From an uncultured Gammaproteobacteria bacterium (GTDB taxonomy: Bacteria > Pseudomonadota > Gammaproteobacteria > SZUA-140), in contig CALZHD010000003.1 of the NCBI GenBank assembly GCA_945787155.1, positions 2,455 to 66,454 on the forward strand: a stretch of DNA of 64,000 nt. Direction: 5' to 3'. Under the pieces are notes generated by a model, which saw only the letters and a list, made by a program, of their open reading frames with translations, had not been told where the DNA came from and did not search any database. The translations under genes were made by a program, and so were the position numbers. Of the stretch, positions 12,684 through 23,430 are shown one piece after another (the first letter of the stretch is position 1; each line of letters starts with the position of its first letter).

Positions 12684-14134
12684 ACGCTGGTACCTCCAAC
12701 GGTGAGGCCATCGATCAGCAATGTTGGCTGCCCCACACCGACCGGCACACTCTGCCCCTCTTTACCGCAGGTCCCCACTCCCGCATCAAGTGCGAGATCA
12801 TCACCGACCATCGTCACACGCTGCAGCACATCGGGGCCATTGCCAATCAACGTCGCGCCTTTTACTGGGTAGGTCACCTTGCCGTTTTCAATCATGTAGG
12901 CCTCACTGGCAGAAAAGACAAACTTGCCAGAGGTGATATCCACCTGCCCGCCACCAAAGTTGACCGCATAGAGGCCGTTGTCGACCGATGCGATGATCTC
13001 TTCCGGTGCATGCTGGCCCGGCAACATATAAGTATTGGTCATGCGTGGCATCGGCAGATGCGCGTAAGATTCACGGCGACCATTGCCAGTGGATGCAACG
13101 CCCATCAGGCGCGCATTGAGCTTGTCCTGCATATACCCCTTGAGCACACCCTTTTCGATCAACACAGTATTCTCGGACGGCATCCCTTCATCATCGATAT
13201 TCAATGAACCGCGACGATGCGCCAGCGTGCCATCGTCAACCACGGTGCAGAGATCGGAGCCAACACGCTCACCGACGCGTCCCGAGAAGGCTGAGGTCCC
13301 TTTGCGGTTGAAGTCGCCTTCAAGGCCGTGACCAATCGCTTCATGAAGTAACACCCCGGGCCAGCCTGAACCCAATACCACCTGCATCGTGCCGGCCGGT
13401 GCCTCCTCTGCCTCCAGATTAACCAGCGCCTGACGCACCGCCTCTTTGGCATAACCGAGACCGCGCTCTTCATCGATAAAATATTGGTAATCACGGCGAC
13501 ATCCACCTCCCGAGCTGCCCTGCTCGCGTCGTCCATCCTGCTCCACGATGACACTGACATTAAGTCGCACTAATGGACGCACATCCGCTGCATGGGTGCC
13601 ATCGGTTGCGGCTAACAACACAACATCGTAGCCACCTGCAAGCGAAGCGGTCACCTGCTTGACCCTTGGATCGAGCTTACGCGCTTCGCGATCAAGCAAC
13701 TCCAGCAAGTCTATCTTTGCCCGATCTCCAAGGCTTGCCAATGGATCGGTCGGCAGATAGAGGCTATGCCCTTCGGTACGCGACCATGTCTGCACCCGTT
13801 TGTCCTGCCCCTGACGCGCAATGGCTCGCGCCGCTAATGCAGCATCCTGTAGCGCTGGCAATGCAATCTCATCTGAATAGGCAAAACCACTCTTTTCACC
13901 ACTCACTGCGCGGGCACCGACACCCTGTTCAACACTGTGCACACCATCAGTCACAATGCCATCTTCCAGTGTCCATGATTCGAAACGGCTCGCCTGAAAA
14001 TAGAGGTCGGCATAATCAACATCGTGGCACATGATGCTGGAAAGCACCTGTTCCAGGTTATTCAACTCCAACCCACTCGGCGCCAGCATCAGCTGCTGAA
14101 CGTTATCAATTGAGGAATCTATCGGAATATTCAT
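12680..14134 (-). CDS. tldD: Metalloprotease TldD
   Basis: 484 aa with full-length TldD similarity (HEAIGHGLE zinc motif). Confidence 0.9.
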   Translation of the reverse strand: MNIPIDSSIDNVQQLMLAPSGLELNNLEQVLSSIMCHDVDYADLYFQASRFESWTLEDGIVTDGVHSVEQGVGARAVSGEKSGFAYSDEIALPALQDAALAARAIARQGQDKRVQTWSRTEGHSLYLPTDPLASLGDRAKIDLLELLDREARKLDPRVKQVTASLAGGYDVVLLAATDGTHAADVRPLVRLNVSVIVEQDGRREQGSSGGGCRRDYQYFIDEERGLGYAKEAVRQALVNLEAEEAPAGTMQVVLGSGWPGVLLHEAIGHGLEGDFNRKGTSAFSGRVGERVGSDLCTVVDDGTLAHRRGSLNIDDEGMPSENTVLIEKGVLKGYMQDKLNARLMGVASTGNGRRESYAHLPMPRMTNTYMLPGQHAPEEIIASVDNGLYAVNFGGGQVDITSGKFVFSASEAYMIENGKVTYPVKGATLIGNGPDVLQRVTMVGDDLALDAGVGTCGKEGQSVPVGVGQPTLLIDGLTVGGTSV

Positions 14135-14174
14135 CGCTTCACCTTGTCCTGTTGATGCATCACTCGCTTTGCCA

Positions 14175-14999
14175 TTACTTCATCTCACAAAAAAATTTGC
14201 GATGCGATATCGACGGAAAGCTCTGGCGCGTCTGCGCAAGCCGTACCGGGTCGATCTCTGCACAGACAACACCCGAGCCATTTGACAGCCGATCTAGCAC
14301 GCCGCCCCATGGATCGACAATCATGCTGTCGCCGTAGGTCTCTCGGCCATTGACGTGATAACCACCCTGAGCAGCGGCAATCACATAACTAAGGTTTTCA
14401 ATCGCACGCGCACGCACCAGCGTCTCCCAGTGCGCGCGACCGGTGATCGCAGTAAATGCAGACGGCACCGCGATGATCTCTACCCCCTGATCCAGCAAAG
14501 CGCGGAAAAGCTCAGGAAAACGCAGGTCATAACAGATCGCCAGGCCGAGGCGCCCAAATGGGGTATCCACTACGACACAGTGGTCACCTGCCTCGATGGT
14601 CTGTGATTCGGTATAACTCTCACTGTTCTCCTCAAGTATCACATCAAAGAGGTGAATCTTGTCGTAACGTGCTACCTGATTACCTTCGGCGTCATACAAT
14701 AGACATGCCGCGTAGACCTTGTTGTCATCAGCGGAGACGAGTGGAATCGTGCCACCGACAATCCACACGCCGTTATCCTTCGCCTGTTGTGCAATAAAAC
14801 TCTGAATCGGACCATCACCTTCTGCTTCGCGCAGCGGTACCTTATCTTCTTCTGTCATCCCCATAATGGCGAAATTTTCAGGCAACACGATCAGTTCAGC
14901 GCCATCCTCAACCGCGCTCGCGATCAGTCGCTCCACTTCAATCAAATTGGCGCCAACATTGGGGCCAGAGGCCATTTGTATCGCTGCAACGCGACTCAT
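14175..14999 (-). CDS. Carbon-nitrogen hydrolase family protein (nitrilase superfamily)
   Basis: 274 aa with the Glu-Lys-Cys catalytic triad context (LPENF..., [16 protein letters not shown]). Conserved position between yhdP and tldD. Confidence 0.85.
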   Translation of the reverse strand: MSRVAAIQMASGPNVGANLIEVERLIASAVEDGAELIVLPENFAIMGMTEEDKVPLREAEGDGPIQSFIAQQAKDNGVWIVGGTIPLVSADDNKVYAACLLYDAEGNQVARYDKIHLFDVILEENSESYTESQTIEAGDHCVVVDTPFGRLGLAICYDLRFPELFRALLDQGVEIIAVPSAFTAITGRAHWETLVRARAIENLSYVIAAAQGGYHVNGRETYGDSMIVDPWGGVLDRLSNGSGVVCAEIDPVRLAQTRQSFPSISHRKFFCEMK

Positions 15000-15133
15000 A
15001 ACGTCCTCCCATTAAACAGAGGTTTAATCATTCGCAGTTGAATCATTTCGTTAAGACCATTGAAATGGCCTGCTTGTTTTTTATTATCCACTAACACAAC
15101 ACTCTTCCTTTTTTCGCTTCCGAGGAAACCTGT

Positions 15134-18100
15134 TCATTGCTCTGCGTCACTATCAATCGTCGTGACAGCTTCACGCGTGACAACCGGGGCTTCCCACGGC
15201 CCTTTCACACTGTATCTCACCTGTGTTACCCGATCGAGGTTTAGTAGCTTCTGCGCCAACAATATAGCGGCACCAATGCCCAAACTGCCAACCACCGCGC
15301 CCACTACCGGTAGCGATGATGCCACGTGAGGTTCTACAATCACATCCTGGTCGTAATCTTTTGCGACCAGCCCCACCCGACCGGTCATCCTGATCGACGC
15401 CGATGGCCCAACAACACTGAAGTTCGTGGTGGTCGCATCACCGCCATGGATCTCAAAATCACCTTCCATGCGATCAAAACTAAATCCTTTTTTAAACATA
15501 TCGCTAAAATCAAGTGTCAACCGGCGTGGCAACGCCTGCAAACTAATCAACCCAAAGACCCGACCTGCCCCCGGCTCCACATCCAGCAGTCGACCATCTT
15601 CAACTTTGAGGTGCATATTACCATTGAGATGCGCCATCGCGAAGGCCGTCGGCGGACCCGGCCAGCGGACAATAATTCCGATATCACCCTTGCCGCCGCG
15701 GATACTGTCAGCAATATCGAGTCTTGCCAACATACCCCCAAGATCCTGACTCTTAATACTCATCTTAAATGCAGAATGCTGCTCGTCATTGGCCACCACC
15801 CAATCACCACTGATCTGTGCATTCATCAACCGTGATGAAAGCTGCAGGTGATTTACATGCAAACCGGCCCGGGTTTTTGCAGCCAACAACTTCAGACTGC
15901 CAAGTGGCTGCCCCTCATAGCTAAAATAGCGACTGTTAATATTCATTGCGGGCAAATTTTGTGGATTCATCCTGGCATCGTCCGCTTTATCACCGATATC
16001 GCCTGCGCCCTCATCTTCTACTGCCGATGGCAAAATGAGGTAATCCAGCACCATGGCCAGTGAATCGCGCTCGAAGTCTATTGGTATTTTCAGCGCACCG
16101 CCCACCAGATGATTACTAATGGTCCCCTGCCAAAGGCCCGCTGCCTGAATCAACGCAAGAGAGGTATAGTGAAACGCATAACCAAATGCCGACGCCTGCT
16201 CTATTTCCAGATTGAGCCGTCCGATCTCTACTGGCGTAGCCTCGTTACGCTTATCGGCACCGTCATCTGTTGCCTCAAAGAGCGGCATCCACTCCTCTAG
16301 CGAAAGGCGCTCAAGCTTCCCGTCCACACTGATCAACGCCTTTTCCGGCAACTCTGGCACCTCCCCCCCCAGAGTAATACCCCCTCGCTGTAACGCCATC
16401 GACTTATCAACATCGAAAATCCCACGTAGCTGCGAGCCATAATGCAGCACCACCGGCACATCCAGCTCGCGAGGAAATGCCGTCTCAAGGACAAATTTTG
16501 CAGGCTCTGCCGCATTTTTACCCAGCGGAAAGGGGAGGTCTGCTGCCATCCCTTGCAGGTCGGATGTCACCTTGAAACTTGCGCCATGTTCCGCCACGCC
16601 TTCAGAAGGTATCGTAAGCTGCGCCTGCCATACCGCCGCACCATCGACATGCTGAAGCAGTGAGTTTGACAACAGACGCCGCACATCCGCAGCAGTTGCA
16701 CGGCCATCGGCAGTAATCACAGTATCCCCCCCCTGCGGTAGCGGTAGCGTCCTGGCGTGCAGCAGACTATCCATACCTAACAGCCGGGCCTGCGCCTGCT
16801 TGATTTCAATCCCCTTTTCAGAGAACTGTAGATCACCGTTCACATCCAGGATATCGACGGCGCGATCAGCCAGATAAAAATCGGCTGCCTCAAAGTGCAC
16901 CACACCATTCACCTTCGCGGGTTGATTCGCTAGCGGTAATTTAAGTGAAAGATCGAGTTTACTGCGCCCGGCAGTCACTTCGACACCCTCTGCAAACGCA
17001 CCAAAACGCTTATTCAAAGGGCTACGCCGTACAAAATCGAGCGTGTCACGTGCATGGCCTTGCGCCTTGCCATCAAGTTGCAACAGCGCGGGCCGGGCAC
17101 GCAGGTTATCAATCCGCGCCTTTACCTGCATCACGTCCGCATCAAGACTCTTTGCGGCAACAGCGTTGATCTCCATGCTGCTACCCGCAAAGATCACTTC
17201 GGCCTCCATCTCTTCGAGCCGTGGCCACTCCGGGGCATAGTCGAGTATGCCCTCGGTGAGGTTAAAACGGATATCAAATAGCCCATCGCTATCTTCATAT
17301 GGGAAACGGCGGTCGAGTGGGCCATATAAAATCACCTCTCCAGCCGAAGCATTCCCAGCGACAATGGCGCGATCAAGCCAGTCGATGGTCGCACTCGGCA
17401 TGACACCAACCGGCAGATAGTGCGAGATATTAGTGATACTGGGCGCCTTGAATTGAGACAGCAACGCTATCTCCGGCGCCCCTTCACTTTTCTTAAGCGC
17501 CAACGCCAACGATACCTCTGCATCATCATTTTTCAGCTGTAGTGACCGGCTCTCAAGCTGCCATTTATCCGCTGCCTGCTGCCAATAAACATCGCCCACC
17601 AATGTTGTCATCGCAAGCGGAGCGCGAAAAAGCTTCGGGATTGAAACCGAGGCATTCACGCTGTCCAATGCAAGATAGCCACCATTATTGTCAAACCTCA
17701 CCCGGCCATCTATCCCCTGACCACCTGGCAACTTACCTACTGCATTGACACCAAGGCCATCGAAACCACTGGCAACGACATAATGATAATCCTGTTTCTC
17801 TTCACGGGAAGGATCCCTGAAATGGAGATAACCTCCCCGCAGCTCACCACTCGGTGCAAACGCCTGTAGCTGCTGCCGCTGCTTTTCATTCACGACATCA
17901 CTCATCATTAAGAACGCACTTAAGTCGTCAATACGAGCATAACCAAGGCGCGCTTCTATGGCTTGTTCGCCTTCAAGCCGATCGGATCTCGCCACACTTA
18001 ACTGACTCGGTGGCCACATTCTGTTGTCACGACCAAGCATAAAATTGTCGATAGTGAGTGACCAGTCGCGTTTCTGACGTTTCCATGTATAACTGCCAGA

Positions 18101-19054
18101 TACAAGATCGACCTTCATCGGAATGCGCCCACCTGCTTCATCCACTGCCATAATGGGTGTCAACAATAATTGCCTCACTGAAAGCTCACCTTCAGCACGC
18201 TGTATCACTGCATTACGCCATTCTAACCATAAACGCGTTTCGACCAGCCCATTATCCACTCGCACGCCAGCCAATGCTTGCCCTTCAAGCCACTGCGCTA
18301 ACTGTAATCCAGCGCCTTCGACATAACCTTGCGCATTCCACGCTTGATCAGACTGCAAATCACTTTCGATATCCAATGCAAATGAAAGCGTGCGCCCAAA
18401 TTCAAGCGGGAGCTGGGCGGAACCATCCAGTTGATGTCGATCCCCCTGATTACGTATTTCAAACGCCACATTGGAGAAGTGCAATTCGCGCCCCCCCTCT
18501 TTCAAGTCATGCCACGTTACGTCACTCGACTCAATGACCATGCGTGACTGCGAAAAAAACCAGCGCAGTAACGCTTGCTCATCCTCCAACTGACGCTGCG
18601 CCTGCTCTTCCTCACTGTCATGCTGTGATGATGCAGCCTCAAAACCTGCCACGCTGATCTTGCCGTTCTCATCACGTGTAATCACCAGCTCCACATCCGA
18701 TACCACAAGGTTTTCAATTTGCAGTGCGCGATCATACAGGCTGTGCCAAAGATTGAAGCCAACGCTACCACTCTCAAAATGAAGCAGCTCGGTGTCGCCA
18801 CTCAATACCTGAACCCCGTGCATCTTCAGCTGCGGCCCGGCACCATGCCAGGCGGCATTGATCGAGCGCACTTTTACCGTTGCGCCCACCGCACGACTAA
18901 TCGTCTCTTCTATCTGTTGATGAAATGTACCCAGATAGGGCAATAAAATACGCGCACTGGTCACCAGCAAGGCAATCACAATAATAGTGATCGCAGTCAA
19001 TGCCCAACATTTGATTAATGTGGCTCGGATCACGACGCGTTTGCTCGAAAACAA
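15134..19054 (-). CDS. yhdP: YhdP-family (AsmA-like) inner-membrane envelope protein
   Basis: 1306 aa with an N-terminal TM anchor, a long beta-rich body and a DUF3971/AsmA2 C-terminal region. Conserved rng-yhdP neighbourhood. Confidence 0.85.
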   Translation of the reverse strand: MFSSKRVVIRATLIKCWALTAITIIVIALLVTSARILLPYLGTFHQQIEETISRAVGATVKVRSINAAWHGAGPQLKMHGVQVLSGDTELLHFESGSVGFNLWHSLYDRALQIENLVVSDVELVITRDENGKISVAGFEAASSQHDSEEEQAQRQLEDEQALLRWFFSQSRMVIESSDVTWHDLKEGGRELHFSNVAFEIRNQGDRHQLDGSAQLPLEFGRTLSFALDIESDLQSDQAWNAQGYVEGAGLQLAQWLEGQALAGVRVDNGLVETRLWLEWRNAVIQRAEGELSVRQLLLTPIMAVDEAGGRIPMKVDLVSGSYTWKRQKRDWSLTIDNFMLGRDNRMWPPSQLSVARSDRLEGEQAIEARLGYARIDDLSAFLMMSDVVNEKQRQQLQAFAPSGELRGGYLHFRDPSREEKQDYHYVVASGFDGLGVNAVGKLPGGQGIDGRVRFDNNGGYLALDSVNASVSIPKLFRAPLAMTTLVGDVYWQQAADKWQLESRSLQLKNDDAEVSLALALKKSEGAPEIALLSQFKAPSITNISHYLPVGVMPSATIDWLDRAIVAGNASAGEVILYGPLDRRFPYEDSDGLFDIRFNLTEGILDYAPEWPRLEEMEAEVIFAGSSMEINAVAAKSLDADVMQVKARIDNLRARPALLQLDGKAQGHARDTLDFVRRSPLNKRFGAFAEGVEVTAGRSKLDLSLKLPLANQPAKVNGVVHFEAADFYLADRAVDILDVNGDLQFSEKGIEIKQAQARLLGMDSLLHARTLPLPQGGDTVITADGRATAADVRRLLSNSLLQHVDGAAVWQAQLTIPSEGVAEHGASFKVTSDLQGMAADLPFPLGKNAAEPAKFVLETAFPRELDVPVVLHYGSQLRGIFDVDKSMALQRGGITLGGEVPELPEKALISVDGKLERLSLEEWMPLFEATDDGADKRNEATPVEIGRLNLEIEQASAFGYAFHYTSLALIQAAGLWQGTISNHLVGGALKIPIDFERDSLAMVLDYLILPSAVEDEGAGDIGDKADDARMNPQNLPAMNINSRYFSYEGQPLGSLKLLAAKTRAGLHVNHLQLSSRLMNAQISGDWVVANDEQHSAFKMSIKSQDLGGMLARLDIADSIRGGKGDIGIIVRWPGPPTAFAMAHLNGNMHLKVEDGRLLDVEPGAGRVFGLISLQALPRRLTLDFSDMFKKGFSFDRMEGDFEIHGGDATTTNFSVVGPSASIRMTGRVGLVAKDYDQDVIVEPHVASSLPVVGAVVGSLGIGAAILLAQKLLNLDRVTQVRYSVKGPWEAPVVTREAVTTIDSDAEQ

Positions 19055-19077
19055 GACATGTAATTAACAAAAATCGG

Positions 19078-20565
19078 CTACATCAATACCACGTCAAACT
19101 GCTCCTGGGTGTAGAGTGTCTCTACCTGCAACTGGACGGGCTTACCAATAAACTCCTCCAACTCAGCGACACTGGTCGACTCCTCGTCAAGCAGCACATC
19201 TACCACCTCCTGCGAGGCGAGCACCAGAAACTTATTGGCATCAAACTGCCGTGCCTCGCGCATCAACTCGCGAAAGATTTCATAACAGACCGTCTCGCGC
19301 GTTTTCACGGATGCAGTGCCACCACAAACAGAGCACGGTTCGCACAGAATATGGCCAAGACTCTCTCGGGTCCGTTTGCGGGTCATCTCCACCAGCCCCA
19401 ACGGCGATACATCACAGATAAAACTCTTAGCTCGATCGCTTGCTAACCCCTTTTCAAGCGCTCGCAATACCTGCTGTTTATGCTCAATTTCATTCATATC
19501 GATGAAATCAATAATGATGATGCCACCGAGATTACGCAGCTTCAGTTGGCGTGCTATCGCCTGCGCCGCTTCAAGATTCGTTTTAAAGATAGTCTCTTCA
19601 AGATTACGATGACCGACAAAGGCACCCGTATTGACATCTATGGTCGTCATCGCTTCGGTCTGATCGATACAGAGATGCCCGCCAGACTTAAGCTGCACAG
19701 TATGCTCCAGCGCCTTTTGTATCTCATCTTCCACTGAATAGAGATCAAATATCGGTCGCTCACCGGGATAGTGCTCCATGCGCGGCACCAACTCAGGGAT
19801 AAGTCGTGTCACAAAGTCATGTGCGCGCTGGTAGGCCTCACGTGAATCAATGCGGATCTTATCGATCTGTGCTGCCGGAAAATCACGCAACATCCGCAAT
19901 ACCAATGGCAGGTCTTCATACAGCACCATCGAGTCTCGCGGCTTCGCCGACGGCTCTGGTTGTTGCACCGAGGCCCACAGCTTACGCAGAAATGCCATAT
20001 CCTCCAGCAACTCAGCCTCCTGCACCCCTTCGGCAGCGGTGCGTGCAATGTAACCGCCCCCAGCGTCACCCACTCCACGCTCAAGAATCAAACGTAAACG
20101 CTGACGCTCCGCTTCATCCTCGATCTTTTGGGAGATGCCAATATGGTTCTCCGCAGGCATAAAAACCAGATAACGAGAAGGCATACTGATCTGCATCGTC
20201 AAACGCGCTCCCTTACTCCCCAGGGGATCCTTGATCACCTGCACCATCACCTTCTGGCCATCATGCAGCAGTGATTCGATCGCCACCTCCGGCTGTGCGC
20301 CACCATTGCCATTATCACTCTCGCCCGCTTCATTTTCGGACAACTGGATATCTGAAACATGCAAAAAAGCAGTGCGATCAAGCCCGATATCAATAAATGC
20401 CGCCTGCATGCCTGGCAACACACGGCTCACCTTGCCCTGATAAATATTTCCCACCAGACCACGTTTACAGGTGCGCTCGATATAGACTTCTTGCAACAGG
20501 CCATTTTCCACCACCGCCACACGTGTCTCCTGCGGCGTCACATTCACCAGTATTTCATCACTCAT
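19078..20565 (-). CDS. rng: Ribonuclease G
   Basis: 495 aa with an S1 domain plus the RNase E/G catalytic domain (full-length similarity to CafA/Rng). Confidence 0.9.
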   Translation of the reverse strand: MSDEILVNVTPQETRVAVVENGLLQEVYIERTCKRGLVGNIYQGKVSRVLPGMQAAFIDIGLDRTAFLHVSDIQLSENEAGESDNGNGGAQPEVAIESLLHDGQKVMVQVIKDPLGSKGARLTMQISMPSRYLVFMPAENHIGISQKIEDEAERQRLRLILERGVGDAGGGYIARTAAEGVQEAELLEDMAFLRKLWASVQQPEPSAKPRDSMVLYEDLPLVLRMLRDFPAAQIDKIRIDSREAYQRAHDFVTRLIPELVPRMEHYPGERPIFDLYSVEDEIQKALEHTVQLKSGGHLCIDQTEAMTTIDVNTGAFVGHRNLEETIFKTNLEAAQAIARQLKLRNLGGIIIIDFIDMNEIEHKQQVLRALEKGLASDRAKSFICDVSPLGLVEMTRKRTRESLGHILCEPCSVCGGTASVKTRETVCYEIFRELMREARQFDANKFLVLASQEVVDVLLDEESTSVAELEEFIGKPVQLQVETLYTQEQFDVVLM

Positions 20566-20664
20566 TGGCTATTTTTCCATCAAAGCAGCTAACTATATAT
20601 ATGTAACCAATGGAGTTTACCCCTTTTAAGCCCAATAAACATGCTCAGTAAGGGAGACACAGGA

Positions 20665-21270
20665 CTATTCAGCCTCATTAGTATTAAAAATTGGTAGCTG
20701 AACAACAAAATCACGCAGCAAAGCCGCAGTTTCAAACAGTGGCAACCCCATCACCCCAGAATAACTCCCCTCAAGCCGCTCGATAAACATCGCTGCACAA
20801 CCCTGAATGCCATAACCGCCCGCTTTATCCACAGGCTCACCACTCTGCCAATAGGCGTGAGCCTCTTCATCACTGATGTCACGAAAGGTGACATGACTGA
20901 CACTGAGCCGGCTCTCTTCAGCCGTCGCATTCACCAGCGCCACAGCGCTGATCACCAGATGCGTCCGTCCGGCAAGACGCCGCAGCATCCGCCGTGCATC
21001 CTTCTCATCTCGCGGTTTGCCTAAAATTTCGCCATCAATCACCACAGCGGTATCCGCCCCCAGCACCGGCCGGTCGACAACAGACAGACTCTCTCGCCCC
21101 GCACGCGCCTTCTCTAACGCCATCCGGGTGACATACAACTCTGGAGACTCGCCACTATGCGGTGTCTCATCGACATCAATCAAGATCACCTCATGAGCCA
21201 TGCCGAGCTGCCACAATAAAGCTCGTCGACGTGGGGACTGGGAAGCAAGATAAATCAAGGCGTTATTCAT
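20665..21270 (-). CDS. maf: Maf-like nucleoside triphosphate pyrophosphatase
   Basis: 201 aa, starting LASQSPRRRALL, in the Maf family, upstream of rng as in E. coli yhdE-rng. Confidence 0.85.
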   Translation of the reverse strand: MNNALIYLASQSPRRRALLWQLGMAHEVILIDVDETPHSGESPELYVTRMALEKARAGRESLSVVDRPVLGADTAVVIDGEILGKPRDEKDARRMLRRLAGRTHLVISAVALVNATAEESRLSVSHVTFRDISDEEAHAYWQSGEPVDKAGGYGIQGCAAMFIERLEGSYSGVMGLPLFETAALLRDFVVQLPIFNTNEAE

Positions 21271-21550
21271 GAAAATAAGATACTAGAGAAAAGGATCAAG
21301 GGATACCGTCAGCATAGCCCCAATTCACAGACATGCACTACCGTCTGTGTGTGCCAACAAAACAGAAATGAAACGTCAAAAAACTGTCAACTACTTGGAA
21401 ACTAATAAAAACTTATCATCTGACGATAGCTAATACATAACAAAATTGACGGAAACACTATTGTCAGCAGCACATGATCTATCCTGACATCGACTTACCA
21501 TAAAAATGACATTTTGAACGACTGATCAATATCAGAAAACATAAACAATC

Positions 21551-23164
21551 ATGCAAAACAACAGTCACATCGAATATTCGTCCAACATACAGATATGGAC
21601 CCCCCTCCGTCTGCTAAACCTATATCGAATCACGCTCGCAGGCCTTGCCACCATACTCTGCTACTCTGATGCAGTCCCCTACCCATTAGGGTCAAGCAAC
21701 TTCCTGTTTTTTTACGTCACCAGCATTATTTACCTGATAGTTGGTCTATTAAATATCATCACCATCAAACGACAGGCCCCCCTGTTTGAATACCAGATTT
21801 ACGCTCATGTTTTTATCGACATCATCATCATCACCCTGTTAATGCAGGCAAGTGGCGGTATTAGCAGCGGAATGGGAATATTATTAGTGATTGCTGTCGC
21901 GGCAGGAAGCCTCCTGATCGTTGGGCGCACCGCAATCATTTTCGCATCAGTCGCAACCCTTGCTGTGCTGACAGAGCAGATCTACGCTCACTGGAGCAGA
22001 CCGCTACTGGAAGTCAATTACACCCAGGCAGGCTTACTTGGTGCTAGTTTTTTCGCGACAGCCATCCTTACACAGGCACTTGCAAGAAGGCTACGCGAGA
22101 GTGAGAACCTTGCAGAGAAACGTGGCGTTGACCTCGCCAACATGGCGCAACTGACTGAATACATTATTCAGCGCATGCAAACAGGCATTCTGGTCATCAA
22201 TCACAACAAACACATTCGCCTCATCAACGCCTCAGCCTGTCACCTGCTAGAAGCACAGACGCAGTCTGCTATAAAGACAACCAGCGACCTTCCTACCAGT
22301 CTGACAGCACAAATCGAACATTGGTGGACTCACCCAGATGATGAACCTAAAGCATTCAAATCATCAGACACTGCGATCAATATAATGCCGCGTTTTGCCC
22401 GTCTGGGAGAGGAAATAGATGCTGGCACGCTGATTTTTCTTGAGGATATGGCGGCAGTCGCACAGCAGGCGCAACAATTAAAACTTGCATCACTTGGCGG
22501 CCTCACTGCCAGTATTGCACATGAAATTCGTAACCCGCTCGGCGCCATCAGCCATGCTGGACAACTGCTCGCCGAAACGCCTCAGTTACCCAAAAGTGAA
22601 AAACGCCTCACTGAGATCATTCAGCAGCATTCCCAGCGAATCAATACTATTATCGAAAACATCATGCAACTCAACAGGCGAGATCGCTCTAATCCTGAGG
22701 AGATCGACCTCAATCAATGGCTCGCATCATTCGTCGACGACTTCTATCTTAATGAAGAGGTACTACGCACCCAAATACACCATAGCCTGCCTGAAGAGAT
22801 CAACATCATTCGCTTTGATGCTAGCCAGCTACACCAGGTTTTATTCAACCTTTGTCAAAATGGATTACGCCATGGCGATCAAAATGGAACGCCACAACTT
22901 TGGCTACAGGGCGGGCTCAACATAGAGTCGAACAGCCCCTATCTTGATGTTATCGACAATGGCAAGGGCATCGACCCTACGCTTGCAGAACATATCTTTG
23001 AACCCTTTTTCACCACGGCAACAAACGGCACAGGGCTGGGGCTATATATCTCTCGCGAACTATGCGAGTCTAACCAGGCCCACCTTAACTACATATCAAT
23101 CCTCGATGGCGGCGGCTGCTTTCGCATCACCTTTGCCGACCCAAGACGACGACAGGTAATCTAG
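21551..23164 (+). CDS. pilS: Type IV pilus sensor histidine kinase PilS
   Basis: 537 aa with an N-terminal multi-TM region, H-box (SIAHEIRNPLGAI) and HATPase_c. Immediately upstream of a sigma-54-type response regulator and pilA. Confidence 0.85.
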   Translation: MQNNSHIEYSSNIQIWTPLRLLNLYRITLAGLATILCYSDAVPYPLGSSNFLFFYVTSIIYLIVGLLNIITIKRQAPLFEYQIYAHVFIDIIIITLLMQASGGISSGMGILLVIAVAAGSLLIVGRTAIIFASVATLAVLTEQIYAHWSRPLLEVNYTQAGLLGASFFATAILTQALARRLRESENLAEKRGVDLANMAQLTEYIIQRMQTGILVINHNKHIRLINASACHLLEAQTQSAIKTTSDLPTSLTAQIEHWWTHPDDEPKAFKSSDTAINIMPRFARLGEEIDAGTLIFLEDMAAVAQQAQQLKLASLGGLTASIAHEIRNPLGAISHAGQLLAETPQLPKSEKRLTEIIQQHSQRINTIIENIMQLNRRDRSNPEEIDLNQWLASFVDDFYLNEEVLRTQIHHSLPEEINIIRFDASQLHQVLFNLCQNGLRHGDQNGTPQLWLQGGLNIESNSPYLDVIDNGKGIDPTLAEHIFEPFFTTATNGTGLGLYISRELCESNQAHLNYISILDGGGCFRITFADPRRRQVI

Positions 23165-23428
23165 TGCTCTATCCCCGTGATAATTACGGATTCAGCGCCC
23201 CTGTGGCGTTTCGCAGCAAGGCACAGTGCGAAAGCAATGGCCATTCCCTTGTCGAGCACTGCAAAGTAGTTGTGGAATGTTATAGGGACGCCCTTCGGGT
23301 TAACTTGTCAACGCCCACGGACTGCGTTCCACCTCTTGACGAGGGAGCACTATTGTTCGCGAGGCGCACCTTGCCGTGAACGTTGACAAGCTAACTGAAC
23401 TCGTAATTATCACATGGATAGAGCACTA
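23163..23428. mobile_element. Putative miniature inverted-repeat element (MITE-like / structured RNA) filling the pilS-pilR gap
   Basis: 26-bp terminal inverted repeats: AGTGCTCTATCCCCGTGATAATTACG at 23163-23188 and its reverse complement with 2 mismatches at 23403-23428. The interior has further long-range complementarity (GTTAACTTGTCAACG at 23299-23313 versus CGTTGACAAGCTAAC at 23381-23395), a C-UUCG-G tetraloop and several short hairpins. The element spans exactly from the pilS stop to 2 nt before the pilR ATG. Confidence 0.4.
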
Positions 23429-23430
23429 AT

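Noticed and set aside
21271-21550. AT-rich 280-bp maf-pilS divergent intergenic region containing the 7-bp palindrome CACAGAC...GTCTGTG
   Set aside because: Most likely ordinary divergent promoter DNA. The palindrome is short and could occur by chance. It is not reported as a regulatory site.
23164-23379. 71-aa ORF inside the pilS-pilR element
   Set aside because: No RBS. It lies within a highly self-complementary inverted-repeat element and has no family resemblance. The stretch is better explained as structured non-coding sequence.
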